This document shows positions 42,885 to 52,706 of a DNA stretch of 64,000 bases, piece by piece; within the stretch, counting starts at the first letter, position 1, and every line of letters starts with the position of its first letter. This stretch comes from Acidobacteriaceae bacterium. Its GTDB lineage: Bacteria; Acidobacteriota; Terriglobia; Terriglobales; Acidobacteriaceae. The notes below the pieces were generated by a model. The model did no database searches. It worked only from the letters and a program-made list of their open reading frames with translations, and had not been told where the DNA came from. The position numbers and the translations under genes were made by a program. The stretch is from the NCBI GenBank assembly GCA_003162935.1, contig PLUW01000120.1, positions 16,396 through 80,395 on the forward strand. Reading direction: 5' to 3'.

Positions 42885-45023
42885 TCAGTTCTCGATTCCC
42901 AATTGCGTGAGGATGAAGGCATAATCGAAAGCCGCCTGGTGCAAGCGATCGTAGCGGCCGGAAACGCCGCCATGTCCCGCCGGCGAAAGGTTGGCTTTCA
43001 AAATGAAGGTGTTATGGTCGGTCCGCAACGCCCGCATTTTGGCCACATACTTGGTCGGCTCCCAGTACATCACCTGGCTATCGTTCCATGAAGTTTTGAC
43101 CAGCATGTTGGGATAGTTCTTCGCTTCGATATTGTCATACGGCGAATAGGAAATCATGTAGTCGAACGCCGCCTTCTCTTTGGGATTACCCCACTCTTCA
43201 AACTCTGGCACCGTCAACGGGATCGACTCGTCGAGCATGGTGTTGATGACATCGACGAACGGAACGCCCACGATGGCGGCATGGAACAGATCGGGGCGCA
43301 TGTTTAGGACGGCGCCCATGAGCAATCCGCCGGCGCTCGCTCCCTCGATCGCCAGCCGGTCTTCGGAGCCGTAGCCTTGCGCCACCAGATATTCCGCACA
43401 GGAGATGAAGTCGGTGAATGTGTTTTTCTTCTGCATCATTCGACCCTGGTCGTGCCACGCCTTGCCCATCTCGCCGCCGCCGCGGATGTGGGCGATGGCA
43501 TAAGCCACTCCGCGGTCGACCAGGCTGAAGACTTCGGGATCGAAATCGATGTCCATGGATGCACCGTACGAGCCGTAGCCGTAGAGAAATAGCGGTCCAT
43601 GGCCGTCCAGTTTCGCGCCCTTCAGATGGACCACCGAGATGGGTATCTTCACGCCGTCGGCCGCCGTCGCATAGATCTGCTCCACCTGATATCGAGTACG
43701 GTCGTACCCGCCGGGAACTTCCCTCTCCTTCAGCAGAACGGAGGTGCCGTTCTCCATGTCGTAGTCAAACACGGAGTGGGGAGTGATGAACGACTCGTAC
43801 GCATAGCGGAACTGGTTCGTGTCGTATTCTCGATTCGCGTAATTGCCCACGTCGTACGCCGGTTCCGAGAACTCGATTCTTCGGGATCGCCCGTCGCGTA
43901 GATCCGTGACCCGAATCTGCGGCAAGCCGTTCTCGCGCTCATGCAGGATGTAGTAGTTCTTGAAGAAATCGGCGTCCTCCAGCATGACATCGGGCCGCTG
44001 GGCGACGACTTCCTGCCAGTTCTGGCGGCGCGGATCGGCAACCGGCGCTTTCACCAACCGGAAGTTACGGCCGGTATCGTTGACGCGGAGATAGAAAAAG
44101 TCGCCATTATGGTCGGGATAGTATTCGACGCCCTGCTTGCGCGGTTCCATCACCTTCCACATGCTCAACGGTTGGTCGGCGGAGATGTATTGCACTTCGC
44201 TGGTGGTGGCGCTGGCGGAGACCAAAGAGATGTAACCTTTGCTGCGGCTTTTTCCGGCATACACCTCGAACCGCTCGTCCTTTTCTTCGTAAACCAGATC
44301 GTCGGGCTGGGTGGTTCCGACCGTGTGACGATACAGCCGGTATTCACGCTTGGTGGTGGCGTCTTCCACGGTGTAGAAAATTGTCTTGTTGTCGTTTGCC
44401 CATACCACCGCTCCAACTCTTTCCGCATGATCGGCGAGCTGCTTTCCAGTCCGCAAATCCTTCACCGCCAGCGTGTATTGCCGGAAGCCGGTGTCATCCG
44501 TCGTGTACGCGAGCAAATTTCCGTCATCGCTCACGTTGTAAGCGGCCACCGACATAAATGCATGACCCTTCGCGAGTTCATTGACGTTGAGCACGATCTC
44601 CTCGGGCGCACTCAGGCCGCCTTTCTTCCGGCAGCGAATTCCGTATTGTTTACCGGCCTCGGTGCGGGTGTAATAGAAATATCCGCCGTCTTTGTAAGGA
44701 ACCTCCGCATCGTCTTCCTTGATGCGGCTCAACATCTCGTTGTAGAGCTTCTCTTGCAGCGGCAGGGTCGGCTTCATCACGGCGTCGGTATAGGCGTTCT
44801 CCGCCTCCAAATAGGCCTTCACCTCGGGGTTCTGCTTGTCGCGCATCCAGAAGTAGTTGTCTACCAGTTTGCGTCCGTGGATCTCGGTAACCTTCGGGAT
44901 CTTCTTCGCGATTGGCGGCGCGGGCAGCGTGGACCTGTCGGCCGCTGCAAGAATGAGAATCGCAGCCAAAATCCCCAGTAGGGTGACAAGGGGTTGGGCT
45001 CGTCGCAGAGTGGACTGATTCAT
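42885..45023 (-). CDS. ptrB: S9 family serine peptidase, oligopeptidase B-like
   Basis: Signal/anchor MNQSTLRRAQPLVTLLGILAAILILAAA, an N-terminal beta-propeller region, and a catalytic domain with GASAGGLLMG (GxSxGG); an Asp candidate (NDSQV) and a His candidate (AGHGG) lie further downstream. YFWMRDK near the N-terminus is typical of protease II. Confidence 0.85.
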   Translation of the reverse strand: MNQSTLRRAQPLVTLLGILAAILILAAADRSTLPAPPIAKKIPKVTEIHGRKLVDNYFWMRDKQNPEVKAYLEAENAYTDAVMKPTLPLQEKLYNEMLSRIKEDDAEVPYKDGGYFYYTRTEAGKQYGIRCRKKGGLSAPEEIVLNVNELAKGHAFMSVAAYNVSDDGNLLAYTTDDTGFRQYTLAVKDLRTGKQLADHAERVGAVVWANDNKTIFYTVEDATTKREYRLYRHTVGTTQPDDLVYEEKDERFEVYAGKSRSKGYISLVSASATTSEVQYISADQPLSMWKVMEPRKQGVEYYPDHNGDFFYLRVNDTGRNFRLVKAPVADPRRQNWQEVVAQRPDVMLEDADFFKNYYILHERENGLPQIRVTDLRDGRSRRIEFSEPAYDVGNYANREYDTNQFRYAYESFITPHSVFDYDMENGTSVLLKEREVPGGYDRTRYQVEQIYATAADGVKIPISVVHLKGAKLDGHGPLFLYGYGSYGASMDIDFDPEVFSLVDRGVAYAIAHIRGGGEMGKAWHDQGRMMQKKNTFTDFISCAEYLVAQGYGSEDRLAIEGASAGGLLMGAVLNMRPDLFHAAIVGVPFVDVINTMLDESIPLTVPEFEEWGNPKEKAAFDYMISYSPYDNIEAKNYPNMLVKTSWNDSQVMYWEPTKYVAKMRALRTDHNTFILKANLSPAGHGGVSGRYDRLHQAAFDYAFILTQLGIEN

Positions 45024-45113
45024 AAGAACGCTCCTGAATTCCAGCAAGTTGAGATGCCGGGGAAGTATATAAGAGGTGAGGCCTTCGAGTATTCAACCGA
45101 TCCTGAGGGAAAA

Positions 45114-46250
45114 CTAGCGGGCGCCTTTGTCGTAAGCTTCGACGACGCGGTTCCAGATCATAAACGCGGCATCCCAATTGGCGGTGAAATTGGTGAGCAC
45201 GGTGACGGTCAATTTACGGCTGAAGTCGTACATCGTCACGGACGTGAAACCCCAGAAGTAGCCGTCGTTTCCCTGCCAGGCGTGGCCGTTCGACCACATC
45301 TCGTAGTTTCCCAGTCCATACGTGGTCTTGGGACCGTGTTGCATCATGGCAGCCAGCGTTGCCGGTTGAAGGATTCTGCCGCCGTAGAGCGCGTCGGTAA
45401 ATTGCGCCACGCCGGTGGCTGTCGCTACGACTCCACCGTCGGTCCATACCGGGCCCCACACGCTGGTCGGCACACCCAGCAGATGCGCTCCCTTAAAAAC
45501 GTCCACGGGTTTGCCGTCTTCGAAGTCGTATCCGTGGGCAATGCGCGGCGCCGCGATGGCCACTCTGTCGATAAACGCATTTCCATCCAGGCCGACAGGA
45601 CCGACGATGAGATTCTGGAACTCGCCCCCGACTCCCAGCGGACTGACGTGATCGATAATGCCGCCGAGAATTACGAAGTTGGTGTTGCAGTAGTTGTATC
45701 TCTTGCCCGGCTTAAACATCACCGGCTTGACCCGGGTGAGGATATCGGCGCGCGTCCAGGGAAAGTTGGGGTTGTTCAGCCAGTCGATGATGATCGGGTC
45801 GCCCTCGACATCGTAGTACCCGCTCGTCATCCCCAACAGCTCGCGGACCGTCACCTCTTCGGTGCTCGGCATATATGGCGGCACATACTCCCGGATGGGA
45901 TCGTCCAGACCGACTTTGCCCTCTTCATACAGGCGCAGCACCATGGTCGCGGTAAAGGTCTTGGTGACACTGGCCAGCGAATAGAGCGTATTTTCGTCGA
46001 CCGCCAGCCCGGACTCGACGTCCGCCAACCCGCTGGAGCCCTGCCACAACAGTTGCCCGTCACTCATAATGGCGACCGAAGCGCCCGGAGCCTCCGACCA
46101 CTCCCGGGCTCGATCCAGCGCCTGTTGCAACTGCTGGGCCGACACGTCGCTCAAAGGCGCGGTCGCCGGCGCAAAGGCCTGCGCGAACAATTGGGTCTGA
46201 GAGAGGGCGAGCAGCAAAATGATCGCTAACGTCAGCGTGATTCGAAGCAT
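45114..46250 (-). CDS. secreted serine hydrolase, beta-lactamase/D-Ala-D-Ala carboxypeptidase (class C / S12-like) family
   Basis: Signal peptide MLRITLTLAIILLLALSQTQLFAQA; SxxK motif ASVTKTFTA; YCNTNF (YxN). GTG 46280 is an alternative start. Confidence 0.85.
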   Translation of the reverse strand: MLRITLTLAIILLLALSQTQLFAQAFAPATAPLSDVSAQQLQQALDRAREWSEAPGASVAIMSDGQLLWQGSSGLADVESGLAVDENTLYSLASVTKTFTATMVLRLYEEGKVGLDDPIREYVPPYMPSTEEVTVRELLGMTSGYYDVEGDPIIIDWLNNPNFPWTRADILTRVKPVMFKPGKRYNYCNTNFVILGGIIDHVSPLGVGGEFQNLIVGPVGLDGNAFIDRVAIAAPRIAHGYDFEDGKPVDVFKGAHLLGVPTSVWGPVWTDGGVVATATGVAQFTDALYGGRILQPATLAAMMQHGPKTTYGLGNYEMWSNGHAWQGNDGYFWGFTSVTMYDFSRKLTVTVLTNFTANWDAAFMIWNRVVEAYDKGAR

Positions 46251-46451
46251 ACGGAATTTGCGGCCCGTAGGGACGTTCACTGGTATGTTGCTCCAAGCTT
46301 GGAATCAGCAGGAAGTTCCCTTCCGACCTCAAGAACGGCTGCCATTGTCCCCCAGCCGCGGTTGCGCGTCAATGTGAAACAATTTTCGTAGTGGTGCAGT
46401 TTGAAATCCACAGGGGTAGCAATCGGCCACGGCCTGTGGGAGACTTGCTTC

Positions 46452-46646
46452 ATGCCAAAGCGCCATCTTCGGATCGTAAAGCGAGTCAGGAACGTTGCCG
46501 TGCTCGGAATCTGCGAGTTCTGTAGCGCCCAATTCTCAGGGGACCCGAACTCGGGGAACGCGGAATCTGCCATTCAAAAGCAGTTCAATGCGCACCAATG
46601 CAAGCCGCTGGACGAAACGCCAAGCGTCGACAAGGACGACAAGTAG
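46452..46646 (+). CDS. hypothetical small protein
   Basis: ORF trimmed to MPKRHLRIVKRV...ICEFCSAQF...NAHQC. No family recognised. Confidence 0.3.
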   Translation: MPKRHLRIVKRVRNVAVLGICEFCSAQFSGDPNSGNAESAIQKQFNAHQCKPLDETPSVDKDDK

Positions 46647-46716
46647 CACATCACTTTGAACGCGAAACTGCCCATCCAACGTCTCTCCTGATGGCTGACG
46701 CTGAGAGCGGACCTTC

Positions 46717-47154
46717 TCAATCCTTGAAAAGATTATCAAATGCAGCGCGCGCGTCGTTTGGACGCTGACTGGGCTTGCTGGAAGTTTCCTTCTCGACCAT
46801 CACGCGGATGGAATAGAGCGAGCAGTCGTTGCCTTTGTCTTTGGGAGAGATGCGGGCCGGAATCGGCTGAGTGCATTCGAAGCGGTTGGAAGGGTCGAAG
46901 TGTTCGCACTGTTTGCAGGCGTGCAGATCGAATCCGCACTTGGGGCATTGCCCGACGGGAGACGCGAGATTCTGCAAGAGCGCGCCGCACTCCGCGCAGC
47001 GCGAGACGGTGCGCGTTCCAGGCATATTCATGGGACGCGGCCCGAACGTGTTTTCTCTCTTTGGCGCCGTAGCGGCCGCGGACTTGTCGAACTCTTTTTT
47101 CGCCCCGCCACCGGAATCCTGGTATCCGTGTTGGCGATACTTGCGGTCGGACAA
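46717..47154 (-). CDS. zinc-ribbon domain protein (conserved hypothetical)
   Basis: MSDRKYRQHGYQDSGG..., CAECG...CPKCG...CKQCEHF...FEC. The multiple CxxC pairs suggest a zinc ribbon. Confidence 0.6.
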   Translation of the reverse strand: MSDRKYRQHGYQDSGGGAKKEFDKSAAATAPKRENTFGPRPMNMPGTRTVSRCAECGALLQNLASPVGQCPKCGFDLHACKQCEHFDPSNRFECTQPIPARISPKDKGNDCSLYSIRVMVEKETSSKPSQRPNDARAAFDNLFKD

Positions 47155-47398
47155 AGGTTGCCTCCTGGAAATGCTTTGCTACGGCGCTGCTTGTGGTCGG
47201 TGCGCTCATTGTCCGCCTTTCGCGCCTCAGGCACAAGCGTTTCTTTGGTCGGATGGAACCAGCGGGTTTCTTTTGACCGCGGAGTCGCGGGGAAACCTCG
47301 AGCCCATGCGAAGCGAGAGCGGAAGGTCGCCCCTGAATTGTCTTTCACATATCCGGGTGCTACCATCCGATGTACAGAGACATTTTGAGGAGGTAGTT

Positions 47399-47707
47399 AT
47401 GGCGGAACGTGACAGCAACGGCTTTTTGTGGTTTTTGGCAGGGCTCGGTGTGGGAGCCGTGGTGGGCGTGTTGTACGCGCCGAAATCGGGCGATGAAATG
47501 CGCGACCTCATTCGCTCCCGGGCGCAGGAAGGCAGCGAGCGAGCGCGGCACCAAGCGCGGCGAGTGCGGGAACAGGCCAGTGAGTGGGTGGATCGCGGAG
47601 GCGATGTGGTGAACCAGCAGAAAGAGCGCTTCCGCTCGGCTTACGAGGCGGGCCGGCAGGCCTATAACGAAACCACCGCCGGGGCCGAACCGGCCAAGAA
47701 TATTTAG
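47399..47707 (+). CDS. YtxH domain protein
   Basis: GFLWFLAGLGVGAVVGVLYAPKSGDEMRDLI is the YtxH signature. GAGGAGG lies upstream of ATG 47399. Confidence 0.8.
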   Translation: MAERDSNGFLWFLAGLGVGAVVGVLYAPKSGDEMRDLIRSRAQEGSERARHQARRVREQASEWVDRGGDVVNQQKERFRSAYEAGRQAYNETTAGAEPAKNI

Positions 47708-47760
47708 TCGGCTGCGAGGGAGTCTGCGGCGAACACTGCGGCGTAACAATGGGAGCAGGT

Positions 47761-48273
47761 ATGGATGACACTCTGCTGAGGTTTTTTATTGCGGCGACTA
47801 CGTTCGCGGTCGTGGTGCAGGCGGGAATTCTAATCGGGCTTTACCTGGCGGTGCGCAAGAGTTCGGCGAAGATGGAAGCGCTGGCCACCGAAGTCAGAAG
47901 CAAGGCTCTGCCCACGATGGAAACTGTACAGAGCATGCTGCTCGAACTGCGCCCCAAAATCGACGTGATGACGACCAATTTCGCTGAGTCCAGCAATCTG
48001 GTACGCAATCAACTATGCCGCATCGATGCCACGCTCACCGATGCGCTCGATCGCACGCGACTGCAGGTGATCCGCGCCGATGAACTGCTGAATCGCACCA
48101 TGGACCGGGTCGAAGAAACCAGCGAGGCGGTCCACAAGACGGTAATCTCTCCGCTGCGCCAGGTGAACGGACTGATGGCGGCAATCTCGACCGGCGTCGA
48201 TGTCTTCCTCGGGCAGAAAAAACGCCATCCTCGGAATGGCTCGGGCGGGTCGCAGGACGAGATGTTTATTTAG
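47761..48273 (+). CDS. DUF948-like membrane protein
   Basis: N-terminal TM FFIAATTFAVVVQAGILIGLYLAV followed by a long helical region. Pairing with YtxH is common. Start at ATG 47761 (GGAG 5 nt upstream) or ATG 47749. Confidence 0.55.
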   Translation: MDDTLLRFFIAATTFAVVVQAGILIGLYLAVRKSSAKMEALATEVRSKALPTMETVQSMLLELRPKIDVMTTNFAESSNLVRNQLCRIDATLTDALDRTRLQVIRADELLNRTMDRVEETSEAVHKTVISPLRQVNGLMAAISTGVDVFLGQKKRHPRNGSGGSQDEMFI

Positions 48274-48276
48274 AGC

Positions 48277-48364
48277 AAGGTCAGAGGTTCGAGGTCAGAT
48301 TGCAGAGGTGAAACCACACGCGGCAGGAGAGCCTGACCTCTGCGATCTAACCTCTGAACCTCGC
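48277..48364. repeat. long imperfect palindrome of GGTCAGAGG-type units, 4 nt after a stop codon and between convergent genes
   Basis: aggtcagaggttcgaggtcagattgcagaggt ... acctctgcgatctaacctctgaacctcg. The inner 12 nt pair 11/12. Confidence 0.75.
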
Positions 48365-48384
48365 GCTTTCGCACTCGCCCTCGA

Positions 48385-51300
48385 TTATTCTTCCCCGCCG
48401 CCCTGCACGCGCTCACTTTGTACATCGGGCACGTAGATCGAGTGGATGTTTTGTTCGGCGGCGAGCTTTTGAAAAGTGCCGATGTCGGCAGTCCGCACTT
48501 GATCCCAGCGCGCCAGCAATTCTTCGGTCTGCTTCTTCAGTTTGTCGAATTCCCGATTCTCAGCTTCGGTGGGAGCCGAGTCGGCGAAACCAGCAACGGC
48601 CATGGAAAGAAATGCCAGCTTCGCGTCGATGCCTGGAACGTAGGCCAGAGAATCTTCGCTGGCGCTGATCTTGAAGTTGATCAACGGATCGCGAACCGCG
48701 ATCAGCTTGGCTTCGAGCGCGCTCGCGCCATCCAATAACGGCTTCGTCGAGTCGCCCGGAACCACGCGCTTCTTCAGACCCTCCAGTTGCTCGCGAACGT
48801 CCTGGATCTGGTTCACTGCATCGTAGACGCGATTGAGTTGCTCGCGGACGTTCATTTCCAGTTTGAATTGCTTTTCCAGATCCGCCTGCGAGACCGTCAC
48901 TCGCGGATCGATCTTCACTTCCAGTGGAGCGGTGAGAGTCTTGCCATTGGCAGTCAGGCGCACCTGGTAGTTGCCCGGCAGCGCCAGCGGGCCTTTCGCT
49001 CCCTCGTTGTATTCCCACAGGAAGTAACCGGGAACACGGTTGGCCTCGTCGTAGCGCAGGTCCCACACGAAACGATTGAGACCGTCTTCTGGCTTGATCT
49101 GTTTCTCGGGCTTCTTGTCGTCCGGGTCGAGCGGTTCCTCGAGCGGTTCGGTCTTATTGCTGGAGAACTTGCGAACCACGGTTCCCGAAGCATCCAGGAT
49201 CTCGATGGTTACTTCACCCGGCTTCGCTTCCGGCTTGGGCGCTTTCTTGAAGTAGTAATAGATCACCGCGCCATGTGGCGGATTCTTCCCGTCAAACGTC
49301 AAGTGCTCGGGAGCGTCTCCGGCATGTACGCGATAGGCGGTTGCAGGCTGGTAGAGGTGCACGTCTTCGGCGACAACGGAATCGGCGAACTGGCGCAGCG
49401 GCGAGACGTCATCAAGAATCCAAAACGCGCGCCCGTGCGTCGCCAGAACCAGATCGTCGTTCTTGACGACCAGATCGTGAACCGGCACGATCGGTAAATT
49501 GATTTGCAGCGAGCGCCAATGCGCACCGTCGTCGAAGGAGACGAAGACGCCGCGCTCGGTGCCGGCATAGAGCAGACCCTTGCGTTTCGGATCTTCGCGT
49601 ACAGCCCGAACGAACGAGCCATCCGGAATGCCGGCGGTGATGCGGCTCCAGGTCGCTCCGTAATCGGCCGTTTTGTAAATGTACGGTGCGAGATCGTCGT
49701 TCTGATGGCGATCGACGGCCACGTAGGCTGCGCCAGCATAATGCGGAGAAGCTTCGATCAGGCTGATGCGGCTCCACTCGGCGAGATCCTTGGGCGTAAC
49801 GTTGGTCCAAGTCTTGCCTTCATCGCGAGTGAGCTGAATCAAGCCGTCGTCGGTGCCCGCCCAGATTTGGCCTTTCGCCAGGGGCGACGGGGCAATCGAA
49901 AACACGGTGTCGTAGTATTCGGTGCCGGTGTCGTCGATGGTGATCGGACCGCCCGAAGGCTGCTGTTTGGATTTGTCGTTACGCGTGAGATCGCCGCTGA
50001 TCGCTTCCCAGTGCATGCCACCGTCGCTGGTCTTAAAAACGCGCTCGCCTCCGTAGTAGATGGTGTTGGGATCGTGGGGCGAGGTCACGATGGGGGCGGT
50101 CCACTGAAAGCGGTGATCGAGTGGCGCCGCACCGCGGCCATCAGAGATTTCGGGCGACACATTGATGCTTTGAATCTGATTGGTGCGCCGGTCGAAGCGC
50201 GTGATGTTGCCTTGGTAGTCGCCGGCATACACAATGTTCGGGTCGGTGGGATTGGGCGCGATATAGCCCGCTTCTCCGCCGCCGACCGTATACCAATTGT
50301 CGCGGCCAATCGCTCCGTCGTCGCTGCGGCTGGCGATCGCGACGGTGGAATTGTCCTGCTGTGCGCCATAAACGTAATACGGCGTCCGCGTGTCGGTAAT
50401 GACGTGGTAGAACTGCGCGGTCGGCTGATTATCCTCGCGCGTCCACGAATTGCCGCCATCCAGGCTGACGGTAACGCCGCCGTCGTTCGAAGCGATCATG
50501 CGCTTCGTGTTCTTCGGGTCGATCCACAGGCCGTGATTGTCGCCATGCGGAACTTTCACTTTATTGAAGCTGCGTCCGCCGTCGGTGGACTTGAAGAACT
50601 CCACGTCCGCCACGTAGACCGTGTTTACATCCTGCGGATCGGCGATCACGTGCATGTAATACCAGGCGCGCTGCAGCAGCGAATGGCTGCTGTTTACGAG
50701 ATCCCAGGTGTCGCCGCCATCGTCGGAGCGATAAAATCCGCCGCCTTCCTTGGCCTCGACGATGGCATAGACGCGCTCGGAATTCGCCGCTACTGCCAAG
50801 CCGATGCGACCGTAGGGACCCTTTGGAAGGCCATGTTCTTCGAGCTTTTTCCAAGTTGTGCCGGCGTCGGTGGAGCGGTAAATGCCGCTGCCGGGACCGC
50901 CGCTGGAGAGCGACCAGGGCGTGCGCCGGGCTTCCCACAGCGAGGCGAACAGGATGTGGGGATTTTGCGGATCGAACGTCACGTCGATCGCACCGGTGTT
51001 CTCGTCTTTGTAGAGAACCTTGTCCCAGGTCTTGCCGCCGTCGGTGGTGCGAAAGACGCCGCGTTCTGTGTTGGGTCCGTAGGGGTGCCCCAGCGCGGCG
51101 ACGAAAGCGATATCGGGATTGTGCGGGTTTACGATCACCTTGCCAATCGCGCGCGAGTCTTTCAGGCCGACGTACTTCCAGGACTTACCTGCGTCCACCG
51201 ATTTCCAGACGCCGTCGCCGTTCGAGATGTTGCCGCGAATGCAGGCTTCTCCCGTGCCCACATAAACCACGTTGGGATCGGACCCCGCGACCGCGATGCT

Positions 51301-51687
51301 GCCGATCGATGGAGAACCATCCTTATCGAAAATCGCGGACCAGGTGTTGGCGCCGTCAGTAGATTTCCACACTCCACCGCCGGTGGCTCCGAAATAGTAG
51401 GTGGTTGGGTCGCCCGGAATTCCGGCGGCGGTCAGGGAACGTCCGCCACGAAACGGGCCGATGGAGCGGTACTTCATTCCCCGGAAGAGCGGGTCTTCAT
51501 TCTTGTCGTCTTTATCTTTGTCGTCTTTCGCCGCCGACTCGGAGGTGACGGGGGTGTCTTTTTGCGCGGCATCGAGTCTGCGATTCCGCTCTTTTTGCTG
51601 GCAGAAAGTCAGCGTAGCGGACAACAGTGTAAAAGACAGGACGAACAACACCAGCACGGCAGCGCGAATCTGCACTCTCTGAATCAT
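48385..51687 (-). CDS. secreted BNR/Asp-box, VPS10 (sortilin)-like beta-propeller protein
   Basis: Signal peptide MIQRVQIRAAVLVLFVLSF. Many Asp-box-like units are present (SxDxGxTW: STDGANTWS, SVDAGKSWK, TTDGGKTWD, STDAGTTWK, SDDGGDTWD, STDGGRSF, SLDGGNSWT, TSDGGMHWE, RDEGKTWT, TADYGATWS, FDDGAHWR). Confidence 0.85.
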   Translation of the reverse strand: MIQRVQIRAAVLVLFVLSFTLLSATLTFCQQKERNRRLDAAQKDTPVTSESAAKDDKDKDDKNEDPLFRGMKYRSIGPFRGGRSLTAAGIPGDPTTYYFGATGGGVWKSTDGANTWSAIFDKDGSPSIGSIAVAGSDPNVVYVGTGEACIRGNISNGDGVWKSVDAGKSWKYVGLKDSRAIGKVIVNPHNPDIAFVAALGHPYGPNTERGVFRTTDGGKTWDKVLYKDENTGAIDVTFDPQNPHILFASLWEARRTPWSLSSGGPGSGIYRSTDAGTTWKKLEEHGLPKGPYGRIGLAVAANSERVYAIVEAKEGGGFYRSDDGGDTWDLVNSSHSLLQRAWYYMHVIADPQDVNTVYVADVEFFKSTDGGRSFNKVKVPHGDNHGLWIDPKNTKRMIASNDGGVTVSLDGGNSWTREDNQPTAQFYHVITDTRTPYYVYGAQQDNSTVAIASRSDDGAIGRDNWYTVGGGEAGYIAPNPTDPNIVYAGDYQGNITRFDRRTNQIQSINVSPEISDGRGAAPLDHRFQWTAPIVTSPHDPNTIYYGGERVFKTSDGGMHWEAISGDLTRNDKSKQQPSGGPITIDDTGTEYYDTVFSIAPSPLAKGQIWAGTDDGLIQLTRDEGKTWTNVTPKDLAEWSRISLIEASPHYAGAAYVAVDRHQNDDLAPYIYKTADYGATWSRITAGIPDGSFVRAVREDPKRKGLLYAGTERGVFVSFDDGAHWRSLQINLPIVPVHDLVVKNDDLVLATHGRAFWILDDVSPLRQFADSVVAEDVHLYQPATAYRVHAGDAPEHLTFDGKNPPHGAVIYYYFKKAPKPEAKPGEVTIEILDASGTVVRKFSSNKTEPLEEPLDPDDKKPEKQIKPEDGLNRFVWDLRYDEANRVPGYFLWEYNEGAKGPLALPGNYQVRLTANGKTLTAPLEVKIDPRVTVSQADLEKQFKLEMNVREQLNRVYDAVNQIQDVREQLEGLKKRVVPGDSTKPLLDGASALEAKLIAVRDPLINFKISASEDSLAYVPGIDAKLAFLSMAVAGFADSAPTEAENREFDKLKKQTEELLARWDQVRTADIGTFQKLAAEQNIHSIYVPDVQSERVQGGGEE

Positions 51688-51917
51688 GAATTCAATGGCC
51701 CCGGAGAAGAGAATTTGTCGTTCATTCATGGTAATGCCAGGGGCGCCAAAGGCACAACCGAGTGCGCGTTAGAACCGGGTCGTCCCGCGCACTCCTCCGC
51801 CGACGTATCCGCTTAGTCAATACCGAAAGCGCGAAACACTGTTGGATTTCCCGCTTGCCCCCCTAGAATGTTCGAAACATTTCTTTGTCTTATTGTTTGA
51901 AACAGAATGGCTTCAAG

Positions 51918-52388
51918 ATGCAACGACAGTTCACATCCAGCGACGTGATCGCACTGACCGGCATCACCGCCCGCCAGTTGCAATGGTGGGACGAACGCGG
52001 CATCGTGGCTCCGTCTCGCCAGGGGCACCGCCGCATTTATAGCTGGGACGAACTGGTTACAGTGGCCGTGATTTGCCAACTTCGCCGGCGGGGTTTTTCG
52101 CTGCAACGCATGCGCAAGGTGATCAGGTTTCTCCAGCAGGAGTTTGGGACGAGTCTGGCGGCTACGGTTGGCGCCTCATCGGAGTATCACCTTCTGACCG
52201 ACGGCATACATCTGTATTTGCGGACTTCGGCACGGCAGGTCGTGGACCTGTTAAAAAATGCGCGGCAGCCGATGTTCGATATATGTCTGAGCGACGAAGT
52301 TCGGCGGGTTCGAGCGGAAATTCGGGCACGCAAGAAAGCGGCGGGTTCGGAACGGGTTCAGCCTCTACGGCGAACTCGGAGAGCATAA
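51918..52388 (+). CDS. MerR family transcriptional regulator
   Basis: FTSSDVIALTGITARQLQWWDERGIVAPSRQGHRRIYSWDEL is a MerR-type HTH. Start at ATG 51918. Confidence 0.8.
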   Translation: MQRQFTSSDVIALTGITARQLQWWDERGIVAPSRQGHRRIYSWDELVTVAVICQLRRRGFSLQRMRKVIRFLQQEFGTSLAATVGASSEYHLLTDGIHLYLRTSARQVVDLLKNARQPMFDICLSDEVRRVRAEIRARKKAAGSERVQPLRRTRRA

Positions 52389-52403
52389 GAAAGGCGGGTA
52401 AGC

Positions 52404-52670
52404 ATGATGATCGGCGAATTGAGCATTATCAACGAGTGGATTCCCGAGCAGATGGAACCCGGCACCGTGTTCGTTTTGGAGAACGCGGGTGAAGTAGGAG
52501 AGAAAGAGGATCCCTATTGGGCGGTGCTCTCCTGCCCTTCGTGCGGCACGCTGGGTCTGATTACGCGCAAGCAGATGGCGGGGCTGCTGCCGACGATTTG
52601 CGGTTCGGCGGTGTGCTCGGCGCAGTTTTTTATCAAGGATGAGGTGATTACGATACGGAAGCCGTTCTAG
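52404..52670 (+). CDS. hypothetical small Cys4 (zinc-ribbon-like) protein
   Basis: CPSCG ... CGSAVC. It starts 16 nt after the MerR stop, so it is probably co-transcribed. Confidence 0.45.
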   Translation: MMIGELSIINEWIPEQMEPGTVFVLENAGEVGEKEDPYWAVLSCPSCGTLGLITRKQMAGLLPTICGSAVCSAQFFIKDEVITIRKPF

Positions 52671-52706
52671 CTGGACGGGGCGGAGCTCGCGTCTCCACAC
52701 GAGCAA

